64,000 nt of DNA from the NCBI RefSeq assembly GCF_006345805.1, contig NC_042999.1:20088001-20152000 (forward strand), in the 5' to 3' direction. A program made the translations under genes and the position numbers. Position 1 is the first letter of the stretch. The number at the start of each line of letters is the position of its first letter. A model generated the notes under the pieces. The model was not told where the DNA came from. It saw only the letters and a list, made by a program, of their open reading frames with translations, and did no database searches. Source of the DNA: Octopus sinensis (Eukaryota). This document shows, one piece after another, positions 25,865 to 39,974 of this stretch.

Positions 25865-26112
25865 ACGTCAGCATCGGTTGTCAAATGATATTGGGGAGGC
25901 AAACACAGACATACAAACATATACACACACATGCACATATATATACATATATACAACGGCTTCTTTCAGTTTTCATCTACCAAATGCACTCACAAGGCTT
26001 TGGTCGGCCCGAGGCTATAGTAGAAGACGCTTGCCCTAGGTGCCACACAGCGGGACTGAACCCGGGACCATGTAGCTGGGAAGCAAGCTACTTACCACAC
26101 AGCCACTCCTAA
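25865..26112 (-). mobile_element. SINE-C 5' half
   Basis: Family match. Confidence 0.8.
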
Positions 26113-27013
26113 CACTTATCGCTAGAGAAATGCATATTGCTCCTATCCATTGTTTTTATAGTGTTCGACCAATACACTGGAGCTTTAGTCTTCCCCAAGA
26201 AAAAAATGTCCTCAATATAGCTGAAGCCCAAACAAAACAGTTGCTTGTTAACTTAATAAGCACCCCTCTAATATATTCCATAATGAACACCTGAATGGTC
26301 AAATATGGTAAACATTTGCATGAAGACCAGCATTCAGTAATGGAAGAAAAAATTTCTGTAGAATTTCCAATAAGAAGAAAACATCTTGAGTTAACATTCA
26401 TTACACTCAAACAAAGAAATATTTGCAACGTGCAAATTTCATTAACATTTTATGTGTGTATTTTCTCTAAGATGTAATCACATTTTTTAAAATTATTTTT
26501 CCTGGTTAAACTAAATAAAGTTGAAGGTCATTTGAAAAAAAACCAAGGTAACTTGGTGGTACAAAATTATTTTGAAATATATAAAATGTTGTCATTGTTA
26601 GATTTAATATAAAAAAAGTTGTAATTTTTTTTTTACTTCCAAATCAAATTTTTCTCATTTGTTTATATATGTTTTCAAAACGGTGACATCTTACATACAT
26701 GCTACAACATGTTAGGCTTGCTGTTTGAATATATGAATGCATCGTGCTGCAGGCAGCTTCAGGAACAAAATATAGTAAATGATTTAATTGAATGCAGAGA
26801 TTGTGGAGATATCTAGATTCAGTTGAAAATGTTTTTCTGTTGATGTCAGCATTCATATGGTTTCGCTCCTGCTGTATATAATGGGAAGATCCAAAGAAAT
26901 ATGCGTGCCTTTATACCATTGCATATGTGTGTGTGTGTGTATCTATATATGTATTATGTGTATATATATATGTATATATATACATATATGAGTGTGTGTG
27001 TGTGTTATTTATG

Positions 27014-27317
27014 TTATTTACATTTGATGGATATTTGTCCTCATCTTGTTTGTTGTGAACAAAACGTTTCAACTGATATACCCTCCAGCCTTCATCAGGT
27101 ATCTTGGGGAAATTTCAAACCTGGGTTCTCATTCCTAAGGTATTTTTCGATGTTATTATTATTAGTAGTAGTAGTATTATTAGTATTATTAGTATTATTA
27201 GTATTATTATTATTATTATTATCCAGGTCACTGCCTGGAATCGAACACAGAATCTTGGGGTTAGTAGCCAGCACTCTTAACCAACCACTACGCCATATGC
27301 CCATCAAATGTAAATAA
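27014..27317 (-). mobile_element. tRNA-headed SINE-like unit with an (AAT)n linker and a hammerhead-bearing tail
   Basis: A box TGGCGTAGTGG and B box GTTCGATTCC (27302-27222); HHR motif 27103-27058; 17-bp terminal inverted repeat TTATTTACATTTGATGG/CCATCAAATGTAAATAA. Confidence 0.7.
27058..27103 (-). ncRNA. Decayed minimal hammerhead motif
   Basis: GATAC-CTGATGA-A-GGCTG-loop-CAGTT-GAAA-CGT-T-TTGTT; palindromic AACGTT stem III; stem I imperfect. Confidence 0.6.
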
Positions 27318-27537
27318 TACTGTAAGCCTTATGTCAAAATTTTAAACAATTAATTATTGTAATTCCCAGTTCTTGCACAGAGAATCAATAGCTAAATACT
27401 TGGAAATTTCCAGAATAAAAGTCATAAAAGCTTGTTTATTTTCTCTCTCTTACTTTTCTCTTTTTATAAAAAAAAATCGCCTTACATGTATACAACATTG
27501 TGGTTGCTTCTAACATTATTGAACTATTCATAAGGCA

Positions 27538-27922
27538 AAGAGCTGGCAGAATCGTTAGCACGTTAGGCGAAATGAATAGCGGTATTTCGTCTGTCTTTAC
27601 GTTCTGAGTTCAAATTCCGCCGACGTTAACTTTGTCATTCATCCTCTCGGGTTTGATAAATTAAGTACCTGTTATGTCACACGTTCGGATTCCTTCTACT
27701 CAACTCGACTTCTACTACTCTACTCTAGTCTGCTCTAGTCTACTCCTACTACTCTGATGACGTCTAGACTTCTCCCACTATATCTATGTATTGGGCTGGT
27801 CTACTTCATCGTCTGGGGGTGTTTACACAACACTACCAGTTGTGTACTGGGGTCGATTTAATTGACTGGCCCCCTTCTCCAAAATTTCAGGCCTTATTCC
27901 TAGAGTCGAAACGATTATTGGT
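27538..27922 (+). mobile_element. SINE-B variant, interrupted at 27672-27832
   Basis: Head at 27538; GTACTGGGGTCGAT resumes at about 27845. Confidence 0.65.
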
Positions 27923-27969
27923 CCCTCAGTAAAACAATGTAGTAAAACTCCTTGAGTCAAGTGAAATTG

Positions 27970-28695
27970 ATTGAGAAGACCTGTAGAGTCAAGTGAAATT
28001 ATAGCCGTGGTCATTCAGTGCCGCCTGACTGGCACCAGTGCTGGTGGCACGTAATAATCACCATTCGAGTGTGGGTAGATGCCAGTGCCCCCTGACTGGC
28101 TCCCATACTGGTAGCATGTAAAAAGCACCATCAAAACTTAGTCAGTGCTAGTACTGTCTGACTGGCTCTTGTGCTGGTGGCACATAATAAATACCATTCG
28201 AGCGTGGGTCTATGCCAAAGCCGTCTGACGGACTCCCCATGCCAGTGACATCTATAATGCACCATTCAAACGTGGTCAATGCCAGTGCTGACTGATTGGC
28301 TCCTGTGTTGATGGCATGTATAAGCATCACTCGAGCGTAGGTCAATGCCAGTGCCACCTTACTGACTACCCTTGCCAGTTGTAAGTAATAAGCACCATTC
28401 GAGCGTGGGTCGATGCCAGTGCCACCTGAGTGACTCCCCGTGCTAGTGACATGTAAAAAGTACCACTCAAATGGGATCAATGCTAGTGCCTCCTGATTGG
28501 CTTCCATGCTTATGGCACGTAGACAGCACTCACTACACACTCGAAGTGACTGGCATTAGGAAGGGCATCCAGCTGCAGAAAACTTGCCATATGATATTGG
28601 AGCCTGATGCAGTCTAATGGCTTATGAGTCTTCAGTCAAACCGTCCAACCCATGCCAGCATGGAAAATAGACGTTAAACGATGATGATAATGACA
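27970..28695 (+). mobile_element. RTE 3' tail with an expanded internal tandem repeat (older copy)
   Basis: Repeated GCCAGTG..CTGACTGGCTCC..GTGGCACGTAA..ACCATTCGAG units; terminal GTTAAACGATGATGA. Confidence 0.8.
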
Positions 28696-30203
28696 ACGCC
28701 GACGACAACAGCCTTAGTGGTGATAGTGGGGGTGGGAGTGAAGAAGACAGCTTGCATTAATTAGTATTCCCCCACCCCGCTAGACCTGAGGACCTGTGAG
28801 CAGCTACCCATTGCATATACATTTGCGCATCCTGTTTTCTCATTCTTTTTTTAGTGCACCGATGCAGCAAATGTAACAAAATCTATAACAATAAAGAAAC
28901 ACATCCCAAGATAGAATAAATTAGCCTATTAATTTACAACTGTCCAAAAGATTAACATTTGCTCTTTCGAAAGTTTGATAGAGGTTATAAAAATATATTT
29001 GGATATTGAAAATTTTGTTTGCTATATAATCGGTCTGATTAACTTTAATTTGCATGATCAATCAAGTAAAGTGTTATAGAAGTGTATAAGAAATTTCCCT
29101 TAAAATATCTATTTTGAGAATGGAATACAATATATTTATAGCTACCCAAGTTTTTAACAAGCCATCCTTGTTCAGCTAATGTTACGATGCATTGAGTTAA
29201 AAGAAATCAAATTCGTAGATTAGTGAATAATTCAAAGCAAGCACCAGCCAACACACCTAATTGCTCTGTCATTAAAGATTTTACCTCAGACAAGCCGAGA
29301 CAGATAGTTTCCACTACATGTGATATAGAATGCAAGTTCAATAAACTATACAATACGTTTCACTCACCCTAATAATAACTTCTTGCAGAAAATAGGATGT
29401 GTATTTCAATAATTTTTTTTGTCATATTTAGTTCATATGTTTTCCAATGTATAAATTTATATCTGAAATTTATTGCAAACAAATTAAATTGCTTGCTAAA
29501 ATATTCTGGTTGTTGAGAAGAAGAAGAAGAAAAAAAAACAAAAACAAAAATAAACAAAACACAAACAAATAGATAAATATGTAAATAAAAATGAAACATG
29601 AATTTAGATTAAATTTCACAAAATTCATATTCTATTTATAAGTTTTGTTTTAACCATTGCATGGAATGATGAAGTGCGGTGGATGAGAATATTAAAAATT
29701 TAAAAGAAAGAGAACAGCATAACTAAATTAAACTGCTACAAGTTCTATCTGCTCGATTTGAAACAGTATAAAATTTTAAGCATGCACCGTCCATTAATTA
29801 GTACTTAAATATTAATCACCTTCTTGAGTCAGTACTTCACACACTTAACACACACACACACATATGCATACATTTGTACGTAGACATACCTGCATGCATG
29901 TACATATATATCTGTGGAAACAAACACATATGTAAACCCATTCACACTTTAACAATACAATATTCATATATCTATATATATATATATACTCTTGTGTATA
30001 TAAAATATTTGTATACATTCATATATGTGCATTATGAACGAATGCATATACATACTTACAATATAAGTATACAAGAACCCACGAAATGCACATCCACACA
30101 AAGCAGATAATGACACAAACACAAAATATGCCTAAAATGCTAAAATACACTATGTTGCACACACATAAAATATACCTAACTGTAACAAGGATCTCACGCA
30201 TTT

Positions 30204-30326
<123 letters not shown>

Positions 30327-30413
30327 TAATATATAATATTAGAGAATAAATATAATTCCAACCTTACAGGTAATTTTCAGTATAATAATATAAGACCGAA
30401 TTTTGTAATATAT

Positions 30414-30735
30414 CTATTATATAAAATTCATTCTGTCTGTTTGTATGTGTCTTTTTTCAAGGATCCAATTGTGCTCAAATTTGATATGTAGATACCAATG
30501 GTATCAGGGCATGTATAAGTCTTGAAAAAAATCCCAAAACTCGATTCCAGGTGAGAACGCAATCAATAAAGCCGTGGGAACGTGCATTTGTAAAATTGTT
30601 TTTCTTGGAATTGAAAAAAAGTCTATCGTTATTTCGTCTTAGCTGTTTCAGCTTTTACTTGTAGCTGAGCAGTTGCAAAGAGACGATCTTCTTTGTGAAT
30701 CTTCTCTGGATTGCTTCGAGGTCCATTGTTAATTT
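30414..30735 (+). mobile_element. Possible non-autonomous Helitron-like fragment
   Basis: Starts A|TCTATTATATAAAATT...CTGTCTGTTTGT; no clear 3' hairpin-CTAG. Confidence 0.3.
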
Positions 30736-30745
30736 CACACACACG

Positions 30746-30782
<37 letters not shown>

Positions 30783-30789
30783 ACACACA

Positions 30790-30856
<67 letters not shown>

Positions 30857-30899
30857 CCATAGTTTTTGTGTGTGGCAAATGCTCAGGGGCAATAAACAT

Positions 30900-32025
30900 T
30901 GAAAATGTGCAGAAAACAGCTTCCATCACATGGCAAGGAGAAAAATTTGAAGTTGTTGATAGCTTCTGTTAACTAGGTGACCAAGTCAGTAGCAGGGGTG
31001 GGTGCTCTGAAAGTGTAGCTGCTAGAATAAGAATAGCCTGGGCAAAGTTCAGAGAGCTCCTACCTCTGCTGGTGACAAAGGGCCTCTTGCTCAGAGTAAA
31101 AGGTAGACTGTATGATGCATGTATGCAAACAGCTATGCTACATGGAGCTAGTATGATCCACTGGATGTGTAATGTCAATGTGCATACACAACAGAGTGTA
31201 AGCACCCTGTGAGAAAAGTTCGACATAAGAAGCATCAGATGTTGTGTGGAAGAGAGACGACAGCACTGGTACGGTCATGTGTTGCATGTGAATGAGGACA
31301 GCTGCGTGAAAATGTGTCACACTCTAGCAGTAGAGGGAACCTGTGGAAGAGGTAGACCCAGGAAAGCCTGGGGTGAGGTGGTGAAGCACAACCTTCAAAC
31401 GTTGGGCCTCACAGAGATGATGACAAGTGACCAAGACCTTTGGAGATATACTGTGCTTGAGAAGACCTGGCAAGCTAAGTGAGACCGTAACAGTGGCATA
31501 TGCCAGTGCAGCATAACCAGCCCATTTAAGAGTACCCTTCAATCTTTAGGCAATAAACTGCACTTGCAAAGACCTGTTGAGGCAAGTGAATTCGTTGTTG
31601 AGGCCAATGACAGTATTCCTGATTGGCACCAGTGATGGTGGCATGCAAAAAGCACCATTCGGGCATGGTCAATGCCAGTGCCGGCTGACTGGTCCCATGC
31701 TAGTGGCATGTGAAAAGCACCATTTGAGTGTGGTCATTGCCAGTGCCACCTTTCTGGCTGCCATGCCGGTGGCACATAAAAGGCACCATTTGAGCGTGGT
31801 CGTTGCCAGTGCCACCTGACTGGCCCTCATACCAGTGGCATATAAAAAGTGGCCACTACACCCTCAGAGTGGTTGGCATTAGGAAGGGCATCCAGCTGTA
31901 GAAACTTTGCCAGATCAGATTGGAGTCTGGTGCAGCCTTCTGGTTTACCAGTCCTCAGTCAAATCATCCAACTCATGCCAGCATAGAAAGCAAACGTTAA
32001 ACTATGATGACGACGATGATGATGA
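30900..32025 (+). mobile_element. RTE LINE 3' fragment (decayed ORF end plus tail)
   Basis: RRQHWYGHVLHVNEDSCVK...GRGRPRKAW, homologous to the end of the 50121..51869 ORF. Confidence 0.88.
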
Positions 32026-32589
32026 TATATATATATATATATCCATAAATCATTTTTATAGATGTTTGTACATCTTCCTCCCAATATGGTTTATTCAAAC
32101 ATTAGCAGAATGAAATTTTCTTTGAAGTACTTGATACAATCATTGTTATGTTGAAAAGTTTAAATATTTCGGAGATGTACTTGCATAGCGAGTGACTTTA
32201 AATATATCCATTGAGTAGAAATATTAGAAATATAAATTGTCGAATGACATAACCAAATGTATACACACAGCTTTAAATTTTTAAATGTACTCCATCTATT
32301 TTTCCTTCAACACTTGGATGTAATGGTTTATTTACTGGTGAAATTCGTTTATGTCTGCGTGTTCTTTCTATTGTCAAAGAGTGAGTTTTGTATTCAATCA
32401 GGCAAGTAAAGTATGAAGTGCTTTCTGTTATCTGGTGCCAACACTGGAAAATGGATATAAATTTTGATGTTGGTGACGGCCGTAGTTTTTGCTTTTTGAT
32501 AGTGACGATGATAACGATCATGATAGTAGTGGTGCTGATCACGATTATTGCGATTGTGATGATGTTGAGAATAGTGGTCATTCATAGCT

Positions 32590-32960
32590 GATGATGGTGA
32601 TGGCGCTGATGATGATGGTGTTGATAATACTTCATTTTGAGAGTGATGGTGGTGATGGTGGTGTTGGTGGTGGTGATGATCAGGATAATGGCGATGCTGA
32701 TGGTGGTGGTGATAATATTTTTGATGATGGAGATGAGGGTGATCCTTGTGGTGGCGGTGGTGGTGGTGGTGGTGTTTGTGGTGGTGGTGGTGGTGGTGGT
32801 GTTTGTGGTGGTGGTTGTGGTTGTGGTGGTGGCGGTGGTGTTGATGGTGGTGTTGATGATGATCATCATTGTGTTCATGTTGGTGATGACACTAGTGATG
32901 CTGGTGATGTTGTTATAGATGGTATTGATGACGGTGGCAATAACCATCATAAGAGAGTCG
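32590..32960. repeat. (GAT/GGT)n low-complexity tract
   Basis: Direct inspection. Confidence 0.95.
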
Positions 32961-33629
32961 ATTTGATATCTGTTCGTTGAACTGTAATATTTCAAGAGCT
33001 GGTAGTATATTTATTTTTATCCTAAGTAAGTCAGGTGATTGAGTAGATAAAAACCATGGGGTCTTTCCCAATCTCTCCAAGACTCATAAAACCGATACTG
33101 CTGGGGGGTCAATTCCGGATGTCTGAATTTCAAATCCTTCAAGGATAATATGAGTAAATAGACAACATTTGATTCCTTCATTCATCTCAAATAGTTACAA
33201 TTGAGGGCTTAACGTATCCAAGGATCAGAAGGTTGTGCTAAATTCAATGGCATATCAAGAGAATATCACACATGGAGGTCAATCTAATCAATATTTGAAA
33301 CAATCTTATTAATATCTAATTAAGTTATTAATCAATCTGTCAGAAGGTTACTTTGATTGATTGATTTTTCATACTGATGGACTTTACTGTATAAGTTTAC
33401 AAATTTAGAATTATGGAAGTGTTGCTCTGTGTATTGTGCTACCAAGAATGAGAGGATCACTATATGGTCATTTGATCTACTAAAAGTAACAGCTAAATTC
33501 CCTCATATCACACTATTGTGGACTGAGAATTTAGACCATGTGGTCTGAGATATTGAAAGAGATTGAAGGATCATGGTCAGAACATCTTTGACCACAGGTT
33601 AGCTCAATTACAGTTAATATGGAACTATA

Positions 33630-33765
33630 AGGCAGCGAGCTAGCAGAAACGTTAGCACACCGGGTGAAATGCTTTACGTTCTGAGTTCAAATTCTGCTGA
33701 GGCTGACTTTGGTTTTCATCCTTTTGGAGTCGATAAGTAAAGTACCAGTTGTGTATTGGGAGTAC
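33630..33765 (+). mobile_element. SINE-B (decayed, truncated)
   Basis: GGCAGCGAGCTAGCAGAAACGTTAGCAC head. Confidence 0.75.
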
Positions 33766-34187
33766 AAAAGAATATGGAACTAAATACTAAAAAAAAAGAA
33801 CAAAACCAACAACAAAATGTTTAGGATGTATTTATTTGTTTATCATATTTGTTCTTTCAGATGTTACCTTTCCTTATCATCACCATTTAAAACCAATTTT
33901 TCTTGCTGGAATAGGTTGGACAGTTTGACAGGAGCCGACAAACTAGAGGAATGCACCAAATACCAAAGTCTGCATTGGCATTGTTTCTATGACTGGATAT
34001 CTTTCTATTGTTAATAACTCCAGGGTGAAAATGCACCAGCACTAGAAACATCCCTTTCATTTAATGTGGGTTACATATAAGATGAAGTGATGCTGATGTT
34101 CATAAACTCATACAAAGTATGATTTAAATGATGATGTAAACTTTTTCCATTGTATTTAGTTCTTACCTGAATATGTCTTATTTTATC

Positions 34188-34625
34188 ATCATCATCATCA
34201 TCATCATTTAACGTCCACTTTCCATGCTAGCATGGGTTGAATGATTTGACTGAGGATTGGTGAACCAGATGGCTGCACTAGGCTCCAATCTTGATCTGGC
34301 AGAGTTTCTATAGCTGGATGCCCTTCCTAATGCTAACCACTCTGAGAGTGTAGTAGGTACTTTTACATGCCACCTGCACAGAAGCCAGTCCAGAAGCACT
34401 GGCAATGACCTTGCTCAAATGTTTTTTCATGTGCCAGTAAGGCGATGCTGGTAACAATCATGCTCGAATGGTGCTTTTTACGTGCCAATGGCATGGAAGC
34501 CAGTTTGCCGCTCTGGCAATGATTACACTCAGATGGTGTTCTTAGCGCTCCACTAGCATGGATGCCAGTAATTGAACTTGATTTCAATTTCGATTTCACT
34601 TGCCTCAACAGGTCTTTGCAAGCAG
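34188..34625 (-). mobile_element. RTE 3' tail
   Basis: CATCATCATTTAACGTCC... reverse match to the LINE end. Confidence 0.85.
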
Positions 34626-34924
34626 AGTTTAGTGTCCAACGAAGGAACGGTACGCATGTAAAACAGAGTCAGAGAATTAGTAGGATATCAAACCACCATC
34701 TTTTATCATATTCAAATGATAAAAAATCCAATGCAGGAGCTGCTACGTGATCACTTAATCTACTAAAAATAGCTACTAAATCTTCTTTAAATTACAACTG
34801 AACATTTTTAATAAGAAGGGCTCCTTTCTTTCTCTCTCTCCCTAGTACTCATGCCATGATAATGAGCTACTATCAATATTCATTTAAAGAGGTTACATGC
34901 AATAATACTTTTTGATGACATTGT

Positions 34925-35146
34925 GGCTGCTGCTAGCCTCCTCTGGCACCTGTGCTGGTGGCACATAAAAAAGCACCCATTACACTCATGGAGGGGTTGG
35001 CATTAGGAAGGGCATCCAGCTGTAGAAACACTGCCAGATCAGACTAGAGCCTGGTGCAGCCTCCTAGCTTCCCAGATCCCAGTTGACCGTCCAACCCATG
35101 CTAGCACGGAAAACGGACGTTAAACGATTATGATGATGAGGATGAT
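34925..35146 (+). mobile_element. RTE 3' tail
   Basis: Family match. Confidence 0.85.
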
Positions 35147-36013
35147 ACCTTGAAACATAAATTGATGTCAGAGCCAAAAAAGAAATCGGTAAACAGCAAA
35201 TGTCATAAGCCAATTAATTAGAAGCTAATGACTTAAAGACATATATATGTATATTATCTCAGAGGCTAGTGAGTTTAAATCAAGCCTTGGAAAGAGTTAG
35301 AGATGATATACTTACCATTTTCATCATCATTAAATGTCATCTGCTCTCAGTAAGTTGAATATCAAGGCTTGCCATTTGAGTCTATTCTCTGTTATTCTTT
35401 TACATTTACCAAATGATTTTTTAATCCAGTTCTTGATGTTATCAAACCAGTTTGTTCTAGGTCTTTATCTTCTGCATTTGCCATTTATCTTTTCTTTTAA
35501 TAACAATCTTCAAATACCCTTTGCCCTTATTGCGTGACTGAAGTATGTTTGCATCCATTTTCTTTTTAGATTTGCGATCAATGATCTTTTGTATTTGTTA
35601 CTTGTAGAAATTCTTCATATTTCTTAATATTCTTTTATATGTCCACATTTGAAAAGCTTTGTTTTAGTCACTGGCCATGTTTATGCACCATATAATAGTG
35701 TGGACCGTGAGTAATATTTACATAACCTTCTTGTTTCTATATCTTTATTCTGTATTCTTTGATGTAAAAGCTTTTGACATGCTTTCAACTGTCATCCATG
35801 CAATTTCTCTTCCTTATCTAATTTCACCTTCACATTTACCATTTTCAGATTGCACAAAGCCAAGATAGACCATGTTTGAATTTGGTTCTGTTGGTATATC
35901 CTGCATATCTGCATATCATGTTCTCTTCTTCAAGAATCCAGCTGGGGTGATGGCTCATGTTGATCAAATATATACCTCATGGTCATGGCAGAAGAGAAAA
36001 TACCTCACAAAGG

Positions 36014-36240
36014 TGGCGAGCTGGCAGAAACATTAGCGCGCTGTGCAAAATGCTTAGCGGTATTTCGTCTGCTGTTATGTTCTGAGTTCAAATTCTGCTG
36101 AGGTCGACTTTGCCTTTCATCCTTTCGGGGTCGATAATTTAAGTACCGGTCATGCACTGGGGTCGATGTAATCAGCTTAATTCCTTTGTCTGTCCTTGTT
36201 TGTCCCCTCTGTTTAGTCTCTTATGGGCAATAAAGAAATA
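36014..36240 (+). mobile_element. SINE-B with a 24-bp TSD
   Basis: AGAAGAGAA(A/G)ATACCTCACAAAGG at 35990-36013 and 36241-36264. Confidence 0.9.
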
Positions 36241-36299
36241 AGAAGAGAAGATACCTCACAAAGGGGAGAACTGACTGGAACTCTACCCAGAGTGTTGCC

Positions 36300-36520
36300 T
36301 GTAGAGGTACATGTCTTAGGTGGTTAAGGTATTGGACTCATGAACATAAGATTGTGGTTTCAATTCCTAGACACGGCAACATGTTTTGTTCTTGAGCAAA
36401 ACATTTCCTTTCACATTGTCCAGTCCACTCAGCTGGCAAAAGTGAGTAATCATATGACAGACAGGCGTCCCATACAGGCGCAGAATATCCATGCCATGAA
36501 ACCAGAAAACCTGGCATTGT
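36300..36520 (+). mobile_element. Decayed tRNA-SINE (SINE-A related)
   Basis: tRNA-like head; tail GACAGACAGGCGTCCC...GAAACCAGAAAACC similar to tail variant 2. Confidence 0.55.
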
Positions 36521-36884
36521 AAGTCGACATGCTTTGAGAAGGTAACTTTACCTTTACTTAGAGTATTACCAGGAAAAACCTGAGCAGATACTAACAAAGA
36601 GTGGATGCAGAGCTCATGAACCATACCTAACCTGGTATTTCATTTATGTCTATATTGATGCCAAGTGATGTCTAGTTTTAGCTGACTGCTATAGTTTTGT
36701 CTCTTTGGCATTTATTTTCATTCCATATGATTCTCTCTTTTGATTGACTGCATTAGTCAATTGCTGCAACTCATTTGTTCTTCCCTATGCTTCCAATAAG
36801 ACATGATGGTCACATCTAGAGTGCCTTTGATAAAAAGGGATGTTTCCCAAGAGTTACACTAGTGGCTAAACATCATATCTTTAT

Positions 36885-37297
36885 CATTTTACTCTTTTAC
36901 TTGTTTCAGTCATTTGGCTGCGACCATGCTGGAGCACCACCTTTAGTCAAGCAAATCGACCCCAGGACTTATTTTTTGTAAGTCTAGTACTTATTCTATC
37001 GGTCTCTTTTGCTGAACCACTAAGTTACAGGGACGTAAACACACCAGCATCGGTTGTCAAGCGATGTTGGGTGTTGGGAGGACAGACACAGACACACGAA
37101 CACAAACAAACACACACACATATATATATACATATATACAACAGGCTTCTTTCAGTTTCCATCTACCAAATCCACTCACAAGGCTTTGGTCGGCCCGAGG
37201 CTATAGTAGAAGACACTTGCCCAAAGTGCCACACAGTGGAACAGAACCCAGAACCATGTGGCTGGTAAGCAAGCTTTTTACCACACAGCCACTTCTG
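36885..37297 (-). mobile_element. SINE-C
   Basis: Family match. Confidence 0.85.
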
Positions 37298-37912
37298 TAA
37301 CTTTTAATTAATATTTTAATTGATATATCATATCTAAACCCTTATTCTTTTAACATGGCAAATCAATTAGAAAGTCTTGGGTTTGTTCTCTCCAAAAAAG
37401 GACATTTATTAAAAATAAAACCAGAAAATACATTTCTTGTACTTACATCTGTGTCCTAGAATCAGTATTTAAGTGATCAACTTGAATTAAAACTTTAGAA
37501 CTTAATCTACCTGACATGTGTCATTCCTAAGGATTTCATTAAACTATAGAAAATATCTTATTTTACAAACACTGACTTTTAAATCTCCCAAAATATATCT
37601 GCAGAGAGGATTAAACGCAGTTCTGAATATTGCTTTAACGTTCTTAGAATAGCTTTCTGTCAGTCTAAATCTGTTCGACAAACTTGTTCAGCAAAACCCC
37701 TCCACAGATGGATTAGTTTTTACTAAGTTAAGTTTTAATAAAAATATTTAACATCAAGGTATATATATATATATATATATATATACGTATAATGAACTTA
37801 TTGTGTGTGCATTTATATACATACATATATGTGTGTGTATATATACATACATATGTATATGTGTGTATATATATGTATATGCATATGTGTATATATATAT
37901 ATATATATATAC

Positions 37913-37971
<59 letters not shown>

Positions 37972-37989
37972 CATATATATTTGTGTATA

Positions 37990-38300
37990 TATATATCGCT
38001 TTTGGATTTGGTTTGCAAGATACTTTATATGAGTTTGTGTGTTGAAGCATATTCTGTTGTGTCTGGGGAGAGTCATTTTCTTTTTGTGCCTTATAATTTA
38101 ACAGACCCACCAGTAAAATTTCCACTTTTTTCTTATTTTTATTTTCTGAAATTGTTATTGCTTCTTGCAAGACTATTGAAAAGATTGCAAGACGCAATGA
38201 AAATTTTAGAGAAAAAAAATAAGGAATAAGTGAAAATTTTACCTGTGAGTCTGTTACATTATAAGGCACAAAAATAAAATGGCTCTCTCCAGACATAACA
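37990..38300. mobile_element. Fold-back repeat family D
   Basis: Inverted arms as at 24933. Confidence 0.75.
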
Positions 38301-38314
38301 GTATATATATGTAG

Positions 38315-38555
38315 GATCGAGGTTTTGATTTCCAGACCAGGTGTTGTGAGTGTTTATTGAGTAAAAACACCTAAAGCTCCATGAGGCTTCGGCAGAGGGT
38401 GGTTGCGATCCCTGCTGTACTCTTTCGCCACAACTTTCTCTCACTCTTTCTTCTGTTGGGCTGCTCGCTTAGCCAGCAGGGTGGCATCATTTGAAGGCTA
38501 AAACAATGCAAAACATATTGGGACCAGCAATGTGTAGCAACATCTGATAGACTAA
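38315..38555 (+). mobile_element. SINE-A (tail variant 1), 5' truncated
   Basis: Reverse complement of 188-470. Confidence 0.8.
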
Positions 38556-38577
38556 TCGAAAAAAAAATATGTATCTT

Positions 38578-38965
38578 TTATTTATTTCAGTCATTTGACT
38601 GCGGCCATGTTGGAGCACTACTTTAATAGGGTTTTCTGTTGAGGAAATTGACTCCAGGACTTATTCTTTCTAAGCCTAGTACTTATTCTATCAATCTGTT
38701 TTGGGGATATAAACACACCAGCATCAGTTGTCAAGTGATGGCAATAAGACAAACACAGACATACACGCATAAACACATACACACACACACACATATATAT
38801 ATATACATATACGATGGGCTTCTTTCAGTTTCCATCTACCAAATCTACTCACAAGTCTTTGGTCAGCCCAAGGCTATAATAAAAGACACTTGCCCAAGGT
38901 GCCACGCAGTGGGACTGAACCCAGAACCATGTGGCTGCAATGCAAACTTCTTACCACACAGCCAC
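38578..38965 (-). mobile_element. SINE-C
   Basis: Family match. Confidence 0.8.
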
Positions 38966-39323
38966 AATACATATGTATAAAATATACAAATACTTATATA
39001 CATATATAATAAACATCTCATTCTTTGTCTCTCTTTTTCTTTTTCCATATATGTTTATATATATATGTCTTTGTATGTATGCATGTATGTATGTTTGTAT
39101 ATGGGTATATATACCTATATTTATATATTTATGTGTGCATTTGTATGTATCTGTGTGTGTATATATATACACTTAAACACACACACACATGTATATATAC
39201 ATAAATACAAATATATACATAGGCACATGCATATAATTATATAAATATGTATAAATGTATGTATGTATATGCATGTTTGTAGCTATTTACATACATATAC
39301 ATATATATATATATATATGTATA

Positions 39324-39383
<60 letters not shown>

Positions 39384-39536
39384 GACGTAAATGTACTTGT
39401 GCTTCATATTTTTTCATCGTACATGTTTCATGACATCCTGTACCCACGTATATATAAACGTATATATATATATACATACAGATGTAAGTATGTACATATA
39501 CATATGCATATATGCATATATATATATACATATATA

Positions 39537-39579
<43 letters not shown>

Positions 39580-39669
39580 TCAATTAGGGTAGCAAAAAAT
39601 TCAATAGAAATTTATCGCTACCAGCGGCCTAGTGGAAAAGAGAAAATAGTCAAAGACTAAATATATAAA

Positions 39670-39760
39670 TATAACAATTTAGGAGTGACCCTTAACAGGC
39701 CATTCGTCCACCAGAATGGTGGCCGAATGGCCTGTTAAGGGTCACTCCTAAATTGTTATA
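39670..39760. repeat. Perfect palindrome, 37-bp arms, 17-nt loop
   Basis: TATAACAATTTAGGAGTGACCCTTAACAGGCCATTCG and its exact reverse complement. Confidence 0.95.
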
Positions 39761-39905
39761 TATATATATATATATATGTATATGTATATATGTACGTTTG
39801 TATTTATGTATGCATATGTATATATATATTATTTATTTACATTATTATATGACTGAACGCCACGCATCCTCTTCCAAATAAGTTTTATCCATCTATCTAT
39901 CTATC

Positions 39906-39974
<69 letters not shown>

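Larger units (their letters stand above)
35310..36830 (-). mobile_element. Old, heavily decayed RTE-clade RT fragment split by two SINEs
   Basis: ELQQLTNAVNQKRESYGMKINAKETKTIAV (about 36700) and YGA*TW...KAFQMWTYKRIL (about 35650). Confidence 0.6.

Noticed and set aside
27222-27302. Functional tRNA gene
   Set aside because: The D-loop has a TTGG duplication, the acceptor and anticodon stems are imperfect, and it runs into a repeat tail; it is a SINE head.
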